Shown here: positions 18,437 through 28,311 of the stretch, piece after piece
How the letters are laid out: every line of letters starts with the position of its first letter
How positions within the stretch are numbered: position 1 is the stretch's first letter
Source of the DNA: a bacterium
GTDB lineage: Bacteria > UBA10199 > 2-02-FULL-44-16 > JAAZCA01
Assembly: GCA_963674695.2 (NCBI GenBank)
Contig: CAXXGI010000001.1
Span: 320,001-384,000, forward strand
Length of the DNA stretch: 64,000 nt
Direction of reading: 5' to 3'
Program-made: the position numbers and the translations under genes
Notes under the pieces: model-generated
Seen by the model: the letters and a program-made list of their open reading frames with translations, nothing else
Database searches by the model: none
Told to the model about the DNA's origin: nothing

Positions 18437-18673
18437 CTACATAAGCGCCCGCGCCAACTTCTCCGCTTCTTCCCTGCTCATACCTCCGTCAAACTCCATA
18501 ATTGCGACCCTTTCCTCATAATCCTCAACCCTGCTCACATACGGTTCGGACGGTTCATTTTCAATTCTCTGACAATTGTCCGATCCACCGGGAGTGAGTT
18601 TCTCCTGGCAAGAAGTCGAAGTAGACCGTCCGAACCGTATGTTTGTCAGGACCTTGATGACCTTGCCGCTCAT
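18437..18673 (-). CDS. Hypothetical protein with EERVAIMEFDGG motif
   Basis: GGAG RBS; ER.AIME.DGG.SR.EAE motif typical of small primase-linked phage/plasmid proteins. Confidence 0.65.
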   Translation of the reverse strand: MSGKVIKVLTNIRFGRSTSTSCQEKLTPGGSDNCQRIENEPSEPYVSRVEDYEERVAIMEFDGGMSREEAEKLARALM

Positions 18674-18699
18674 AAAAAAACTCCACCGCACGCAATCGC

Positions 18700-20943
18700 C
18701 TAATCCTGAAGAACCACGTGCGAAAAACCTCGTTGCGATGTTCCGTTTCTCTTAATATCATTACGTTTAGCTACCCTGTGGACTTCCATCATGATATTGC
18801 TTACCTGATTCTCAAATTGCCTGATGGTGACGGCCTGCCATCCCTGCTCCTCGCAGAAGTTGTGATAGGCTGTTTGAAGCTCGTTTACTGTGACATCCAG
18901 ATGATCCGTTTTCTCGACCATTTCAGTGATAAAATGACGAACGCTGTCCGATTCACACAGCAACGCATCAATCCGTTTGGTCTGCTCATTGCTCAAAACG
19001 ATCCGTCCATGAGTATTGAGTTCATCAAGTAGATCGAGTGCCCCCACAACACACCAGTTGAGAATTCCCGGCCCTTCGGTTTCTACAAGTAATCTATCGA
19101 AGTTTGGGATCGGCTTATTGGCGGAGGGCCTCTCATAATCCACGATAAGAAGTCTGCGCTTCCATGCGCCAGAATCACCGTCGAGCCTTAAATGAAGGTG
19201 GCTGTTGGATGTGATTATGATGTTGAACTCACCCAGTAACTCAAATCGGTGCTTGACGTTCTTCTGCTCGGCATCCAAACGGTCACCGCCGACGAGGGCT
19301 TTGAGTATGTGAGCCGCTTTGTGATTCAGAACATTGCCTGGGACATCTTTCCCGGCAAGAAGCGTCTTGCCGACGAAGCCAGCGACCTCGAACCGTTCAC
19401 CCAGGTGTTGGACGCGAAGTTGCGTCACATTGTGTATACCAATGATTGACTCAAGAACATTGGCGAGCGTTGACTTGCCGCCGCCAGGGGTTCCCCGAAG
19501 TAGAAGTAGCTTCTGTGATGGATTTCTCCCCAGAAGGCATTGGCCAGCGTATCGTTGCAGCAGCGAGACATCCTCCTCACTAAGCGCCGGCCGTAGGAGT
19601 TCGCCGAGGAATCGGGGGCAGTCGGCTTGCTCGTCGAAACAGACTTCCGATCGATTCCGCGAGTAGTAGTCGGGACTGAACTCATTTAGAGTTGGAGGAT
19701 CGGTGTCCAGATGCAGAACGCCATTACCAACATGGATGATTGGAGTCGTTCGGCGGAAGATATCCGGTTTTTCAACAATACCTCTCAGGAGGCAAAGGAT
19801 TTGGCCGAGAAGATTTGCCGACCTTTTCTTTAGGAGTCTATTTGCCTTGTACTCGATGAACATTTCGTGCAGGGCATGGCCGAGCTTAATAATCAATTGC
19901 GCTTCCGTCGCTCTCATCCATAGTCCCGTCTCAGCCTCATATTCGTAGAAGAGATTCAATGAGGGTTCGTGCAACACCAAGTTGTTGTTTGCATATTTCG
20001 CTGCTGCGAACATCTGGTTAAATTGAGTGGGATTCCCGTCCTTATCGAACATGATCGGGGGGCCGTATTGCTTTTGAAGCAGTTCCTTCTCAGTGTTTTC
20101 GGCGGAAGGCGCGTCGATGGAGATATTCTGCTTCGGGTATTCGTTGATCGTTGGCAGTGATTCAATTTTGGCTACGAGCTCATCTTTGTCATGTTCTTCG
20201 AGCCAGTCGGCCACGTCGCCTTTTGGGGGGAGCTCTGAGTAGGATACGAGCTTTAACTCAGCAACCCTCCCGAAAAGGCTTGAGATAATGTCTTGTGCGT
20301 GTTTCCTTCCGGGCTCATCGTTGTCCTCGTGGATATAGACCGTCTTCCCGCGAAGGTGTTCTGAATACTCCGAAAGCCACTTACCAGCACCGAACGGATT
20401 TGTCGTCGCTATAAGACCGAACGAAGCAAGCCTATCGCAGCACTTCTCCCCTTCGGCAATATGTACAGTACCAGCATCAAGCAACTGAGGCAGATTGTAT
20501 GGGATTGCTTTTGTGCCGTTAAGGCCAGAAAGCCACTGCGTTCCATCCCATCTATATGCAGTGAAGCGCTTTGAACCGTTCGAAAGATCGCGCCTTACGG
20601 TCTTCATGACCGGTTTTCTATCCTGATCCAGATAGATATATTCTATGGATCCTCGATCGTCCAATATGTCCTTTTCGGGCAATATACCTGCGCGTAATGC
20701 TAATTGTTCAACTGCCTTTTCAAAATCCAATTGTTCATAGAGCATAACGAACTCAAAAACATCTCCACCCTTGCCACATCCGAAACACTTCCAACGCTGC
20801 TTTCTTGTATCCACCACCAGAGACGGGTTGTGATCCTCATGGAACGGACAGAGGCAGCGATTACGTTTGTCGAGCGCTAATCGGTCGCCGATTACAGTTT
20901 CGATCGTGTTTGCGCTACGAACCTGTTCCTTGTCGTACCTCAT
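18700..20943 (-). CDS. CHC2 zinc finger-TOPRIM primase fused to P4/D5-like SF3 helicase
   Basis: CPFHEDHNPS..WKCFGC; AEGEKC, EDNDEPG; GTPGGGKST; AWKRRLLIV. Confidence 0.93.
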   Translation of the reverse strand: MRYDKEQVRSANTIETVIGDRLALDKRNRCLCPFHEDHNPSLVVDTRKQRWKCFGCGKGGDVFEFVMLYEQLDFEKAVEQLALRAGILPEKDILDDRGSIEYIYLDQDRKPVMKTVRRDLSNGSKRFTAYRWDGTQWLSGLNGTKAIPYNLPQLLDAGTVHIAEGEKCCDRLASFGLIATTNPFGAGKWLSEYSEHLRGKTVYIHEDNDEPGRKHAQDIISSLFGRVAELKLVSYSELPPKGDVADWLEEHDKDELVAKIESLPTINEYPKQNISIDAPSAENTEKELLQKQYGPPIMFDKDGNPTQFNQMFAAAKYANNNLVLHEPSLNLFYEYEAETGLWMRATEAQLIIKLGHALHEMFIEYKANRLLKKRSANLLGQILCLLRGIVEKPDIFRRTTPIIHVGNGVLHLDTDPPTLNEFSPDYYSRNRSEVCFDEQADCPRFLGELLRPALSEEDVSLLQRYAGQCLLGRNPSQKLLLLRGTPGGGKSTLANVLESIIGIHNVTQLRVQHLGERFEVAGFVGKTLLAGKDVPGNVLNHKAAHILKALVGGDRLDAEQKNVKHRFELLGEFNIIITSNSHLHLRLDGDSGAWKRRLLIVDYERPSANKPIPNFDRLLVETEGPGILNWCVVGALDLLDELNTHGRIVLSNEQTKRIDALLCESDSVRHFITEMVEKTDHLDVTVNELQTAYHNFCEEQGWQAVTIRQFENQVSNIMMEVHRVAKRNDIKRNGTSQRGFSHVVLQD

Positions 20944-21572
20944 CAGAAGGGCATCTCCTGTTCATCGCCCAATTCTGGCTCTGATTCAGGAAAGCGCTTC
21001 CACGACAAATCCTCCACACGACAAATCAAACGCGCCAACGCCTTTAGCGCCTCCTTCTTGGTGACACCCTCCGCAATATGAATCCCGACAAGACCTTTAT
21101 CGACCTCCATGTGTTGCATTTCCCACAACTGAAATTCATTCGTGTCCTGGTTTTGCTCAAAATTGATCACCCCGTCGGGCAGATCCCAACCCCTCTTATA
21201 ATCGTAGGAACATTCACAAAATACATCATACCCTGAATACTCCGTAACACATAAGTAGAGCTGTGTTTTCTTATCCATGGCCGCAATAACACGATCCTCC
21301 TTATGAGGCTTCTTCGGAATCGGAGTGCGAAGAAACATCTTCCCGTTTCTGGTTTTCACGTCTTCTTTCTTCTCTTTCACATTTCCTCCTTCATGATGAT
21401 ATTGTGACACTTCTTTATATTCGATAACGTATGACGATAAATTATCGAGAGCTCTGGATAGGGGGTATGCCATCCCTTCAATCGAGCCCGTAAAACCACA
21501 GACCGATTCGATCTCAGATTCAATAAGCCCCATGGCCTCTTCTACCCGATGAGTAGAGCGAATGGTCTTCAT
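20943..21572 (-). CDS. Hypothetical protein
   Basis: Overlaps both neighbours; acidic tail ending DEQEMPF. Confidence 0.65.
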   Translation of the reverse strand: MKTIRSTHRVEEAMGLIESEIESVCGFTGSIEGMAYPLSRALDNLSSYVIEYKEVSQYHHEGGNVKEKKEDVKTRNGKMFLRTPIPKKPHKEDRVIAAMDKKTQLYLCVTEYSGYDVFCECSYDYKRGWDLPDGVINFEQNQDTNEFQLWEMQHMEVDKGLVGIHIAEGVTKKEALKALARLICRVEDLSWKRFPESEPELGDEQEMPF

Positions 21573-21865
21573 ACAAGCCTCACTGGAATTTTATCTTTGA
21601 GACATACATATACGGAACGCTCGATTGCCTGGCCCACTTCTCTCGAAAGAGGATGAAACAGGGATACAATAGAACCATCAACTAATGTCTTTTGTGGATA
21701 GACGAGACGAACACCTTCGGAATCGAGGCGCGTATGAACCCCAACGCCACCGACAACATAAGTATCATCAAGGACAAATTGGATAAAACCGAGAAGACCC
21801 GATCTGGGCCGAACAGGAGTGAAGTGAATTTGAGATACTCCGGGGGTTCTCACCTCATTTTCCAT
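21569..21865 (-). CDS. SpoVG-like nucleic-acid-binding protein
   Basis: LLGFIQFVLDD..VVGGV.V...LVYPQK...FHPLSRE pattern; GGAGGT RBS. Confidence 0.7.
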   Translation of the reverse strand: MENEVRTPGVSQIHFTPVRPRSGLLGFIQFVLDDTYVVGGVGVHTRLDSEGVRLVYPQKTLVDGSIVSLFHPLSREVGQAIERSVYVCLKDKIPVRLV

Positions 21866-21942
21866 TTTCCCACCTCCTGCCCGTGGAAAACGGAAAATAA
21901 GGTATGATCTTATTTGCGTCCCTTGCGGCTATCTTATTGTAA

Positions 21943-22887
21943 TTACTTACTATATAGCCATTCCGACATACTCTGTTTCTCTACCATGGCGTCATAAGTC
22001 TCGACAGAGTAGGGTTGATATTCTTGCCCACCAACCTGGTCTTGATCTATGTAAGCCAAAATCTCCGGACAAGGCATGGGATTAGATGAAGACCTCATAC
22101 CCCTCAAGCATGACTTATCTTTGCAGGTGGCACACGTTTTTTTCAACTCAAGTTTTTTGATCTCACGCTTTGTAAATGCCCTATATGGCTTCCCCGTAAT
22201 TAATTCATATGCCCTTATAAAAGACTTTCTTGCCCTTGCAGCCCCTCTTTTCACAGAGACACTTGGAAATAATTTTACGGCTATATCTGTGAATGGCATC
22301 TTAACTGCACGCATATCCCAAACCGAATATGCAATCTGATTTTCTTCAATGCGCATACGAAAAACCTGATCGCTCAGATTCAGCGCATCCCTTGCAACCT
22401 TAGCCGCCTTAACTGCAGTTTCTTGTACGAATTTATCAGGCATATTCACATCCAACAATACTGCAAGATAACGACTGTCCACGAGAGCCTCTTCTGGTTT
22501 GCATTTCCTATAGAGCGGTTCTCCCTTGCTGCTACGACCATCAATACAGTTAAACGAAGAGCCTCGAATTGGCATTGGCATTGTAAATCGGCCATCCCTT
22601 ATCGGGAAGGCAATATAACTATCTGTCAGGCCAATCTTTGGCGACATACTTTTTTTAAAGGACTTACTTGGATCTATAACATCACTAACGTCATATTCTT
22701 CGCATATCTCTATAAACATTGCGGCCAAATCACGACGCTGCTTACTTTGCTTGCGAGCACCTTCAACCTTTGTTTTCTCGAGCGCCCTAAATTTATTATA
22801 TGCTGCAATATACGCGGGATTACGTCTTATTCTCTCCCAACGATCCCTCTTCCAATTTCTTATCTCAAACTTCGTACCCTTGGCCAT
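21943..22887 (-). CDS. Hypothetical basic protein, possible regulator with C-terminal Cys cluster
   Basis: AGGAGG RBS; WERIRRNPAY N-terminus, HTH-like FTDIAVKLFP, CATCKDKSC..C. Confidence 0.7.
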   Translation of the reverse strand: MAKGTKFEIRNWKRDRWERIRRNPAYIAAYNKFRALEKTKVEGARKQSKQRRDLAAMFIEICEEYDVSDVIDPSKSFKKSMSPKIGLTDSYIAFPIRDGRFTMPMPIRGSSFNCIDGRSSKGEPLYRKCKPEEALVDSRYLAVLLDVNMPDKFVQETAVKAAKVARDALNLSDQVFRMRIEENQIAYSVWDMRAVKMPFTDIAVKLFPSVSVKRGAARARKSFIRAYELITGKPYRAFTKREIKKLELKKTCATCKDKSCLRGMRSSSNPMPCPEILAYIDQDQVGGQEYQPYSVETYDAMVEKQSMSEWLYSK

Positions 22888-22908
22888 TTGAACACCTCCT
22901 ATCACATC

Positions 22909-22937
22909 TTGACAATTCACGATTGTGAATATATAAA
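22909..22937 (+). promoter_or_regulatory. sigma70 promoter with palindromic operator in spacer
   Basis: TTGACA-N17-TATAAA; spacer holds ATTCAC-GATT-GTGAAT; near copy at 23156-23171. Confidence 0.75.
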
Positions 22938-22943
22938 CAGCGC

Positions 22944-23138
22944 ATGGTTGTCAAGATTGGTCATAAAATACGTGCTTTTCGACTCGATGCAGGGCTTACC
23001 CAGGCTCAATTGGCAAAGATGCTAAAGAAGAATCAAGCGTATGTAGCTAATTTAGAAAGGGATTATCGCAGCATATCTTTGAATACGCTTGAACGGATCG
23101 CAAAAGTGCTTAAGAAAAAAATGCGCGATTTCTTTTAA
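22944..23138 (+). CDS. XRE-family HTH regulator (C-protein-like)
   Basis: IRAFRLDAGLTQAQLA...YVANLER...ISLNTLERIAKVL. Confidence 0.9.
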   Translation: MVVKIGHKIRAFRLDAGLTQAQLAKMLKKNQAYVANLERDYRSISLNTLERIAKVLKKKMRDFF

Positions 23139-23183
23139 TTTTTTTATGCTTACACATTAACGATTGTGAATATAGGAGGACAG

Positions 23184-23756
23184 ATGAAAATCGCAATTTA
23201 TTGCAGAGTATCCACAGACGATCAAAAGACAGATCTGCAACTGGACGCTTTAAGGCAATACTCGGAAACTCGAGGGTTACATATTTTCGACGAATATATC
23301 GATCAGGTATCCGGTGCAAAAACGTCTCGACCTGCATTGGATCGACTTCTAGCAGATGCCCGCAGAGGAAAATTTGACGTGCTCGCCGTTTGGAAGATTG
23401 ACCGCCTTGGTCGTTCTGTTGCTCATCTGCTTAACGTTTTAACCGAACTGCAAACGCTAGGGATCCAGTTCGTGAGTCTCCAGGAGGCGATAGACACAGC
23501 CACCCCAGCGGGGCGTATGGTGTTCACATTTTTGGGAGCCGTCGCCGAGTTTGAGCGCGCCATTATTTCGGAACGTGTAAAAGCCGGTATGAAAGCCGCT
23601 CAATCCAGAGGGAAACACGTAGGAAGGCCAAGCGCACAACTCGATATGAATCGCGCCATACAGCTTAAATCTGAAGGTTTGACGGTACGAAAAATAGCAG
23701 TTCAGCTGGGAGTATCTCGTTCAACCATATCTAGATACTTGTCCCAAAACCCCTAA
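23184..23756 (+). CDS. Serine resolvase/invertase
   Basis: YCRVSTDDQ, SG...RPAL, DRLGRS, AEFER..I.ER, C-terminal HTH. Confidence 0.95.
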   Translation: MKIAIYCRVSTDDQKTDLQLDALRQYSETRGLHIFDEYIDQVSGAKTSRPALDRLLADARRGKFDVLAVWKIDRLGRSVAHLLNVLTELQTLGIQFVSLQEAIDTATPAGRMVFTFLGAVAEFERAIISERVKAGMKAAQSRGKHVGRPSAQLDMNRAIQLKSEGLTVRKIAVQLGVSRSTISRYLSQNP

Positions 23757-23822
23757 AAATAAGCGGCCTGAAACCTCAATGATTTCAAACCGCCATTCAT
23801 TCATATTTGCTGTCCCAGAAGG

Positions 23823-24614
23823 TTATGGTTTTGACTCCTCCAACTTCACTAATTCGACATATCCGTTTGCCCAACGTGGCGACACATCATCACGATATAT
23901 GCTTTGATCAATGCTAAAATCTAAACGCACCTCATTATTAATATAGGAAACTAACTCTAAAAGTTTCGCAAAGAGATCGTCAGCTAGTATGGAGCACTCG
24001 CCGACATAGCAGTCTTTTATTTTTCCCTGTTCTTCCAGAATTTCCTTTGCGAGAAGCTGTTGCCCAAATTTCATATAATTATGGCGCGTCACCCTTTCAA
24101 TCATTTCTATAAATTCATAATCTAAATACCCAACATAACTATGAAGAATACCATCCACGTCTTTTTTGAATCCATCGATTCTGTCGTTAAAATAGCTATA
24201 CCAAGTAACTTCCGGCATTATTGGGGCCGTCGTCCGTAAATTAAAATGGGCATACTCCTCATAATAGGCTCCTGAAAGAAATTCTATATAGTTCGCTGGC
24301 AAATGATCAGGTTTTTGTTTTATTGCAGCCTTCCACATTTGCAAAAACATCAACAGCAGATCACGCATGGAAACGTGCAATCGCGCAGTCGCCAAAATTG
24401 TTAGCCTCTGTTTTCTGGATCGTTCTCTGTATACGGAAGCCAATTCGATTCCTAAAAAAGCAACAACAGCTGCAACAATGCCACCCGCGATACTCGGCGC
24501 ATACGCTTCAATCCACCAGACATATGGATACTTGCAATCCATGATAAAGAGCACCACCGCCAGGGACACTAGCAACGCTGCGCTTATGATATACCGCCAA
24601 AGTAGTTTAATCAT
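23823..24614 (-). CDS. Hypothetical membrane protein (2 N-terminal TM helices)
   Basis: Hydrophobic N-terminus, AT-rich cargo ORF. Confidence 0.7.
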   Translation of the reverse strand: MIKLLWRYIISAALLVSLAVVLFIMDCKYPYVWWIEAYAPSIAGGIVAAVVAFLGIELASVYRERSRKQRLTILATARLHVSMRDLLLMFLQMWKAAIKQKPDHLPANYIEFLSGAYYEEYAHFNLRTTAPIMPEVTWYSYFNDRIDGFKKDVDGILHSYVGYLDYEFIEMIERVTRHNYMKFGQQLLAKEILEEQGKIKDCYVGECSILADDLFAKLLELVSYINNEVRLDFSIDQSIYRDDVSPRWANGYVELVKLEESKP

Positions 24615-24635
24615 CAGATTGCTTTCGAAATTGCT

Positions 24636-25130
24636 TCATTCTTTCCTTCTTTCCTTGTATCGTTTAGTTCTCAATATCTCATCGTTTATTAGGGCCAAAC
24701 ACTCGATTGGAGTAACGGCATTTAGACCATATTCCGCCTTCAATACATCCCTTTTTGAAATTATATGTTTCTTATCATACGTAACAAAATACCTGCATCC
24801 GTATTTTTGTGCGCAGAATATATGCTCAACGTCATATTGTTCATTCTTCTTCAGGGCCGCTTTATCAGGAAAAATAACATTCTCTATTTTTTGAAGGGTA
24901 TTTCGCTCATCATTGGTTGTAATTAGACTTTCAGCAATAACCCTGCAGATACAGTATTTACGAATACTCTCAGGCGCATTATTCAACTCATCAACTACAG
25001 ATTGTGTGATCTGAAGTTGAATAATATCTTGTTCCTCTAATTTGAGGAGTTCCAATATGGCTTCTTGCTCGTCCCTCACCGGCGGATAAAAACCGCATGA
25101 ATCAATGAATATTTGGATGTGCTTCAACAT
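24636..25130 (-). CDS. PIN-domain protein
   Basis: IFIDSC, V.DEL, DVEHIFCA, YFVTYD..HI acidic PIN pattern. Confidence 0.75.
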   Translation of the reverse strand: MLKHIQIFIDSCGFYPPVRDEQEAILELLKLEEQDIIQLQITQSVVDELNNAPESIRKYCICRVIAESLITTNDERNTLQKIENVIFPDKAALKKNEQYDVEHIFCAQKYGCRYFVTYDKKHIISKRDVLKAEYGLNAVTPIECLALINDEILRTKRYKERRKE

Positions 25131-25146
25131 AGTTTCTCCAACAGCA

Positions 25147-28100
25147 TCACGCCGCTACCGCGTACACACTCTTCCCCGCTCCATAATAACTATCGTAAAC
25201 GTGTTGGAAGATCGCTGTGGTTTTGGCTTCATAAATATCAGGGCTATATGATTCCGGTAATTCCTGATCGAGAATCGTTTCAATGGCAACGCGAACGTCA
25301 GCCCTCGCCTGCTGTCTTTTGCGCCAATCGAGAACCAGCTTTTCCTGTTTTAAGGTGCTCAATAAATCCTTAGCCGCCTTCTTGACCTGTTTTCGTTCCT
25401 TGGCCGTCAGTTTCATCTCGGGCTTTGTAAGAAGATCAAATATGGCTAGTTCCTCTTCAGACAGCTGCTCACCTACAGTTCGCTGTTCTTCTTCGGTTAG
25501 ATCCTTAGTGAATGTAACGAGCCGCTTGAAAAACTCCTCAACATTAACGCTTCCGGCATTATAGTCGTCGATCATCTTCTGAAAACGCTCCAGGTAATCG
25601 GCTCTCGTTCTATTGAGGCGCACCATGCGCCGCAGTTTCCCTGCAACCGCACCCTTTAGACGCTCTACTTCTGTGTGCTTACGTCCGCGTTCAAACCGTG
25701 CCTTCAAGGCATCGAAGTCGATGCCACTTAAATCTATCAATCTGTCGGGATCAGGTTCCGCTGGATTCTTGATTACATACCCCTCAGCTGCAATCGAGCG
25801 GTCAAGGAGATCCTCAATCTCCTGCTTTATTTCCGTTATATCAGCCTCCGACTTCATTGAGATAATCTTTAGCGCAATAACCCTTATAAGCACGCTGTCT
25901 GGCCGAACATCATGTGCTCTTGGATCAGGCAGGATGGCTTTAAAGATACGCCAGACAGCCGCAGCATGGTCAAGATAGCGTCTTTTCACATCTTCAGATG
26001 CGACAATAGCATCGACCGCGTCATCCAAGAGTTTTACGCGATCGAAGCCCTCGGCAACCTGAATATTTTCGAGCTTAATCCCACGTTCAGCACATAGCGC
26101 TTTGGTCTGGGAGATCTCCTCTTTGAGTCCTGCGAGAAGGGCCGTCTTATCTTCAACAGGTCTTTCACCGCCAGTACCGCCAGTGCCATAAATGGATAGC
26201 GCCTTCTCCAGATTCCTGAATACGCCCACATAATCTACGATCAGCCCGCTGACCTTGCCGTGATAAACCCTATTTGCCCTTGCGATTGTCTGCATGAGCG
26301 TATGGTTCCGCATGGGTTTATCGAGATAAAGGGTAGAACAGGATGGTACATCAAATCCCGTCATCCACATGGCACATACAAACACAAGCCGCAGGGGATC
26401 TTTAGAGTCCTTGAACTTGGTATCCAGATCTTCCCTAACAAGCCTTTCACGATGTGGTTTTATGTCTAAACCCTTTTCCGCCATATCCCTGATCTCATTT
26501 TGAGATTGAGAAACGACGACGGCCATGTCGGTGGATTCCATAAGTTTTATCTGCTCTTCAAGGGCGGAACGCTCATCACCGGTCAACAACCCCAACTCTT
26601 TACGCAACCGCGATATTTTTTCACTCCAATGCTTTTTGACTTTATCGTGCATCCGCACTGCCGCCGCTTTATCGATGCAGATTACCATCGCCTTGCCCTG
26701 ATAACCCCTGCTCGTAAAATGCTCCACTATATCCGCTGCCACCGTATCCAAACGATCATCGCGGGTAATTAGATGGTATTCACGCGAAAACTCCCTTTCG
26801 AGCTTTTTCTCCTGATCCTCATCCAACAGAGCTGCTTCAAGGAGGTTCTCCATATCTTCATTGAGGTTCTCATTTGTAAGCTGAAGTTCCGGTATTCGAT
26901 TTTCGTAATAAAGCGGAACGGTCGCACCATCCTCAACCGATTGCTTGAAGTCATAAACGCTAATATACTCGCCAAACACTTCGCGCGTTCTTTCTTCGCC
27001 CACAATCAGCGGTGTTCCAGTAAAGGCTAAAAATGATGCATTTGGCAGGGCAGTCCTCATATTGAGAGCAAGCGTGTCATATTGGCTTCTATGTGCCTCG
27101 TCGGTAATGACGATGACATCATCCCTCGTGGATAAAACCGGATGTTTCTCTCCGTGTTCGGTGCGAAACTTATGAATCAGCGTAAATACATAGCGATGAT
27201 CTTCGGTCAGAAGCCTACGCAGATCGGCAGAACTTTCCGCCTGTGCCTGCGCCTCTGTAATTACGCCGGCAGCAGCAAAGTTCTTGTAGATTTGATCATC
27301 GAGTTCACGTCGATCTGTAACTACAACAAACGTCCAGTTGCCGATCATCTTCCGCAACACTTTCTGTGCAAAGAAGATCATCGATATACTCTTACCGCTA
27401 CCCTGCGTATGCCAGAACACACCGAGTTTGCCTTGCCGTTTTTTGATGTCCTTTAAGGCTTCTATCGCATTTGTTACGCCGAGACATTGATGGTTCTTGG
27501 CAATAATCTTTATTTGGCCGCCCGGTATAGCCTGAAACAGCGTAAAGTTCTCTACAAGATCTATCAACCGCTTCTTATCACATACACCGCGGAGCATCGT
27601 TTCAAGAGACACCCTGCCTTCTTCAGATTCACTACCTATCTTTTTCCATTCGGCAAAGTGTTCCCATCCAGCAGATATACTGCCAATGCGGCTTTGGCTG
27701 CCATTGGAGAGAATAATCAGAGCGTTATACCAAAAGAGGTGTGGAATGGTGTCCTTGTAATCTGTCAGATTGCCGGAATATGCCGTCTCAAGTCGTCTGT
27801 GGGTGGCCTTGAGTTCAATGAATACAAGCGGAAGTCCATTTACAAAACCGATGAGATCCGCACGTCTCGTGTACATCTCACCGGTGATCCACAACTGCGA
27901 ACATAAGAGATAGTCGTTATTTTCTGGATTCTCCCAATCTATGACCTTGATGCGATAGTCGACCTCCCCACCCGTATCGGGATCATTTACCTGCGTGCGT
28001 ATTCCATTTTTGATCAGGTCATAGACCTCACGATTAGCGGCTACAAGGCTCATTCTGGAGCGATCTCTTACCAGATCATCAACGGCCTGGCCTATGGCCT

Positions 28101-28311
28101 CTGTGGGAGCATCTGGATTCAGTTTCTCAAGTGCTGACCAGAGGCGAGTTTTAAGGAATACCTCGGACTTTGTTTCTCTGCCGAGTGGGCTTTTGTCGCG
28201 GTCAAACTCGTTATAGGCATTATAGAAATCCCATCCGAGTTCCTTAAACAGGGCAATTGCGGGCTGTTCAACCAGCATATCTTCAGAATATTCACCGGGC
28301 GGAGGTGTCAT
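25147..28311 (-). CDS. hsdR: Type I restriction endonuclease subunit R
   Basis: RRADL..NGLPLVFIELK, HTQGSGKS, DEAHRSQY, FTGTP, TGFDVP, QTIARANR. Confidence 0.97.
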   Translation of the reverse strand: MTPPPGEYSEDMLVEQPAIALFKELGWDFYNAYNEFDRDKSPLGRETKSEVFLKTRLWSALEKLNPDAPTEAIGQAVDDLVRDRSRMSLVAANREVYDLIKNGIRTQVNDPDTGGEVDYRIKVIDWENPENNDYLLCSQLWITGEMYTRRADLIGFVNGLPLVFIELKATHRRLETAYSGNLTDYKDTIPHLFWYNALIILSNGSQSRIGSISAGWEHFAEWKKIGSESEEGRVSLETMLRGVCDKKRLIDLVENFTLFQAIPGGQIKIIAKNHQCLGVTNAIEALKDIKKRQGKLGVFWHTQGSGKSISMIFFAQKVLRKMIGNWTFVVVTDRRELDDQIYKNFAAAGVITEAQAQAESSADLRRLLTEDHRYVFTLIHKFRTEHGEKHPVLSTRDDVIVITDEAHRSQYDTLALNMRTALPNASFLAFTGTPLIVGEERTREVFGEYISVYDFKQSVEDGATVPLYYENRIPELQLTNENLNEDMENLLEAALLDEDQEKKLEREFSREYHLITRDDRLDTVAADIVEHFTSRGYQGKAMVICIDKAAAVRMHDKVKKHWSEKISRLRKELGLLTGDERSALEEQIKLMESTDMAVVVSQSQNEIRDMAEKGLDIKPHRERLVREDLDTKFKDSKDPLRLVFVCAMWMTGFDVPSCSTLYLDKPMRNHTLMQTIARANRVYHGKVSGLIVDYVGVFRNLEKALSIYGTGGTGGERPVEDKTALLAGLKEEISQTKALCAERGIKLENIQVAEGFDRVKLLDDAVDAIVASEDVKRRYLDHAAAVWRIFKAILPDPRAHDVRPDSVLIRVIALKIISMKSEADITEIKQEIEDLLDRSIAAEGYVIKNPAEPDPDRLIDLSGIDFDALKARFERGRKHTEVERLKGAVAGKLRRMVRLNRTRADYLERFQKMIDDYNAGSVNVEEFFKRLVTFTKDLTEEEQRTVGEQLSEEELAIFDLLTKPEMKLTAKERKQVKKAAKDLLSTLKQEKLVLDWRKRQQARADVRVAIETILDQELPESYSPDIYEAKTTAIFQHVYDSYYGAGKSVYAVAA

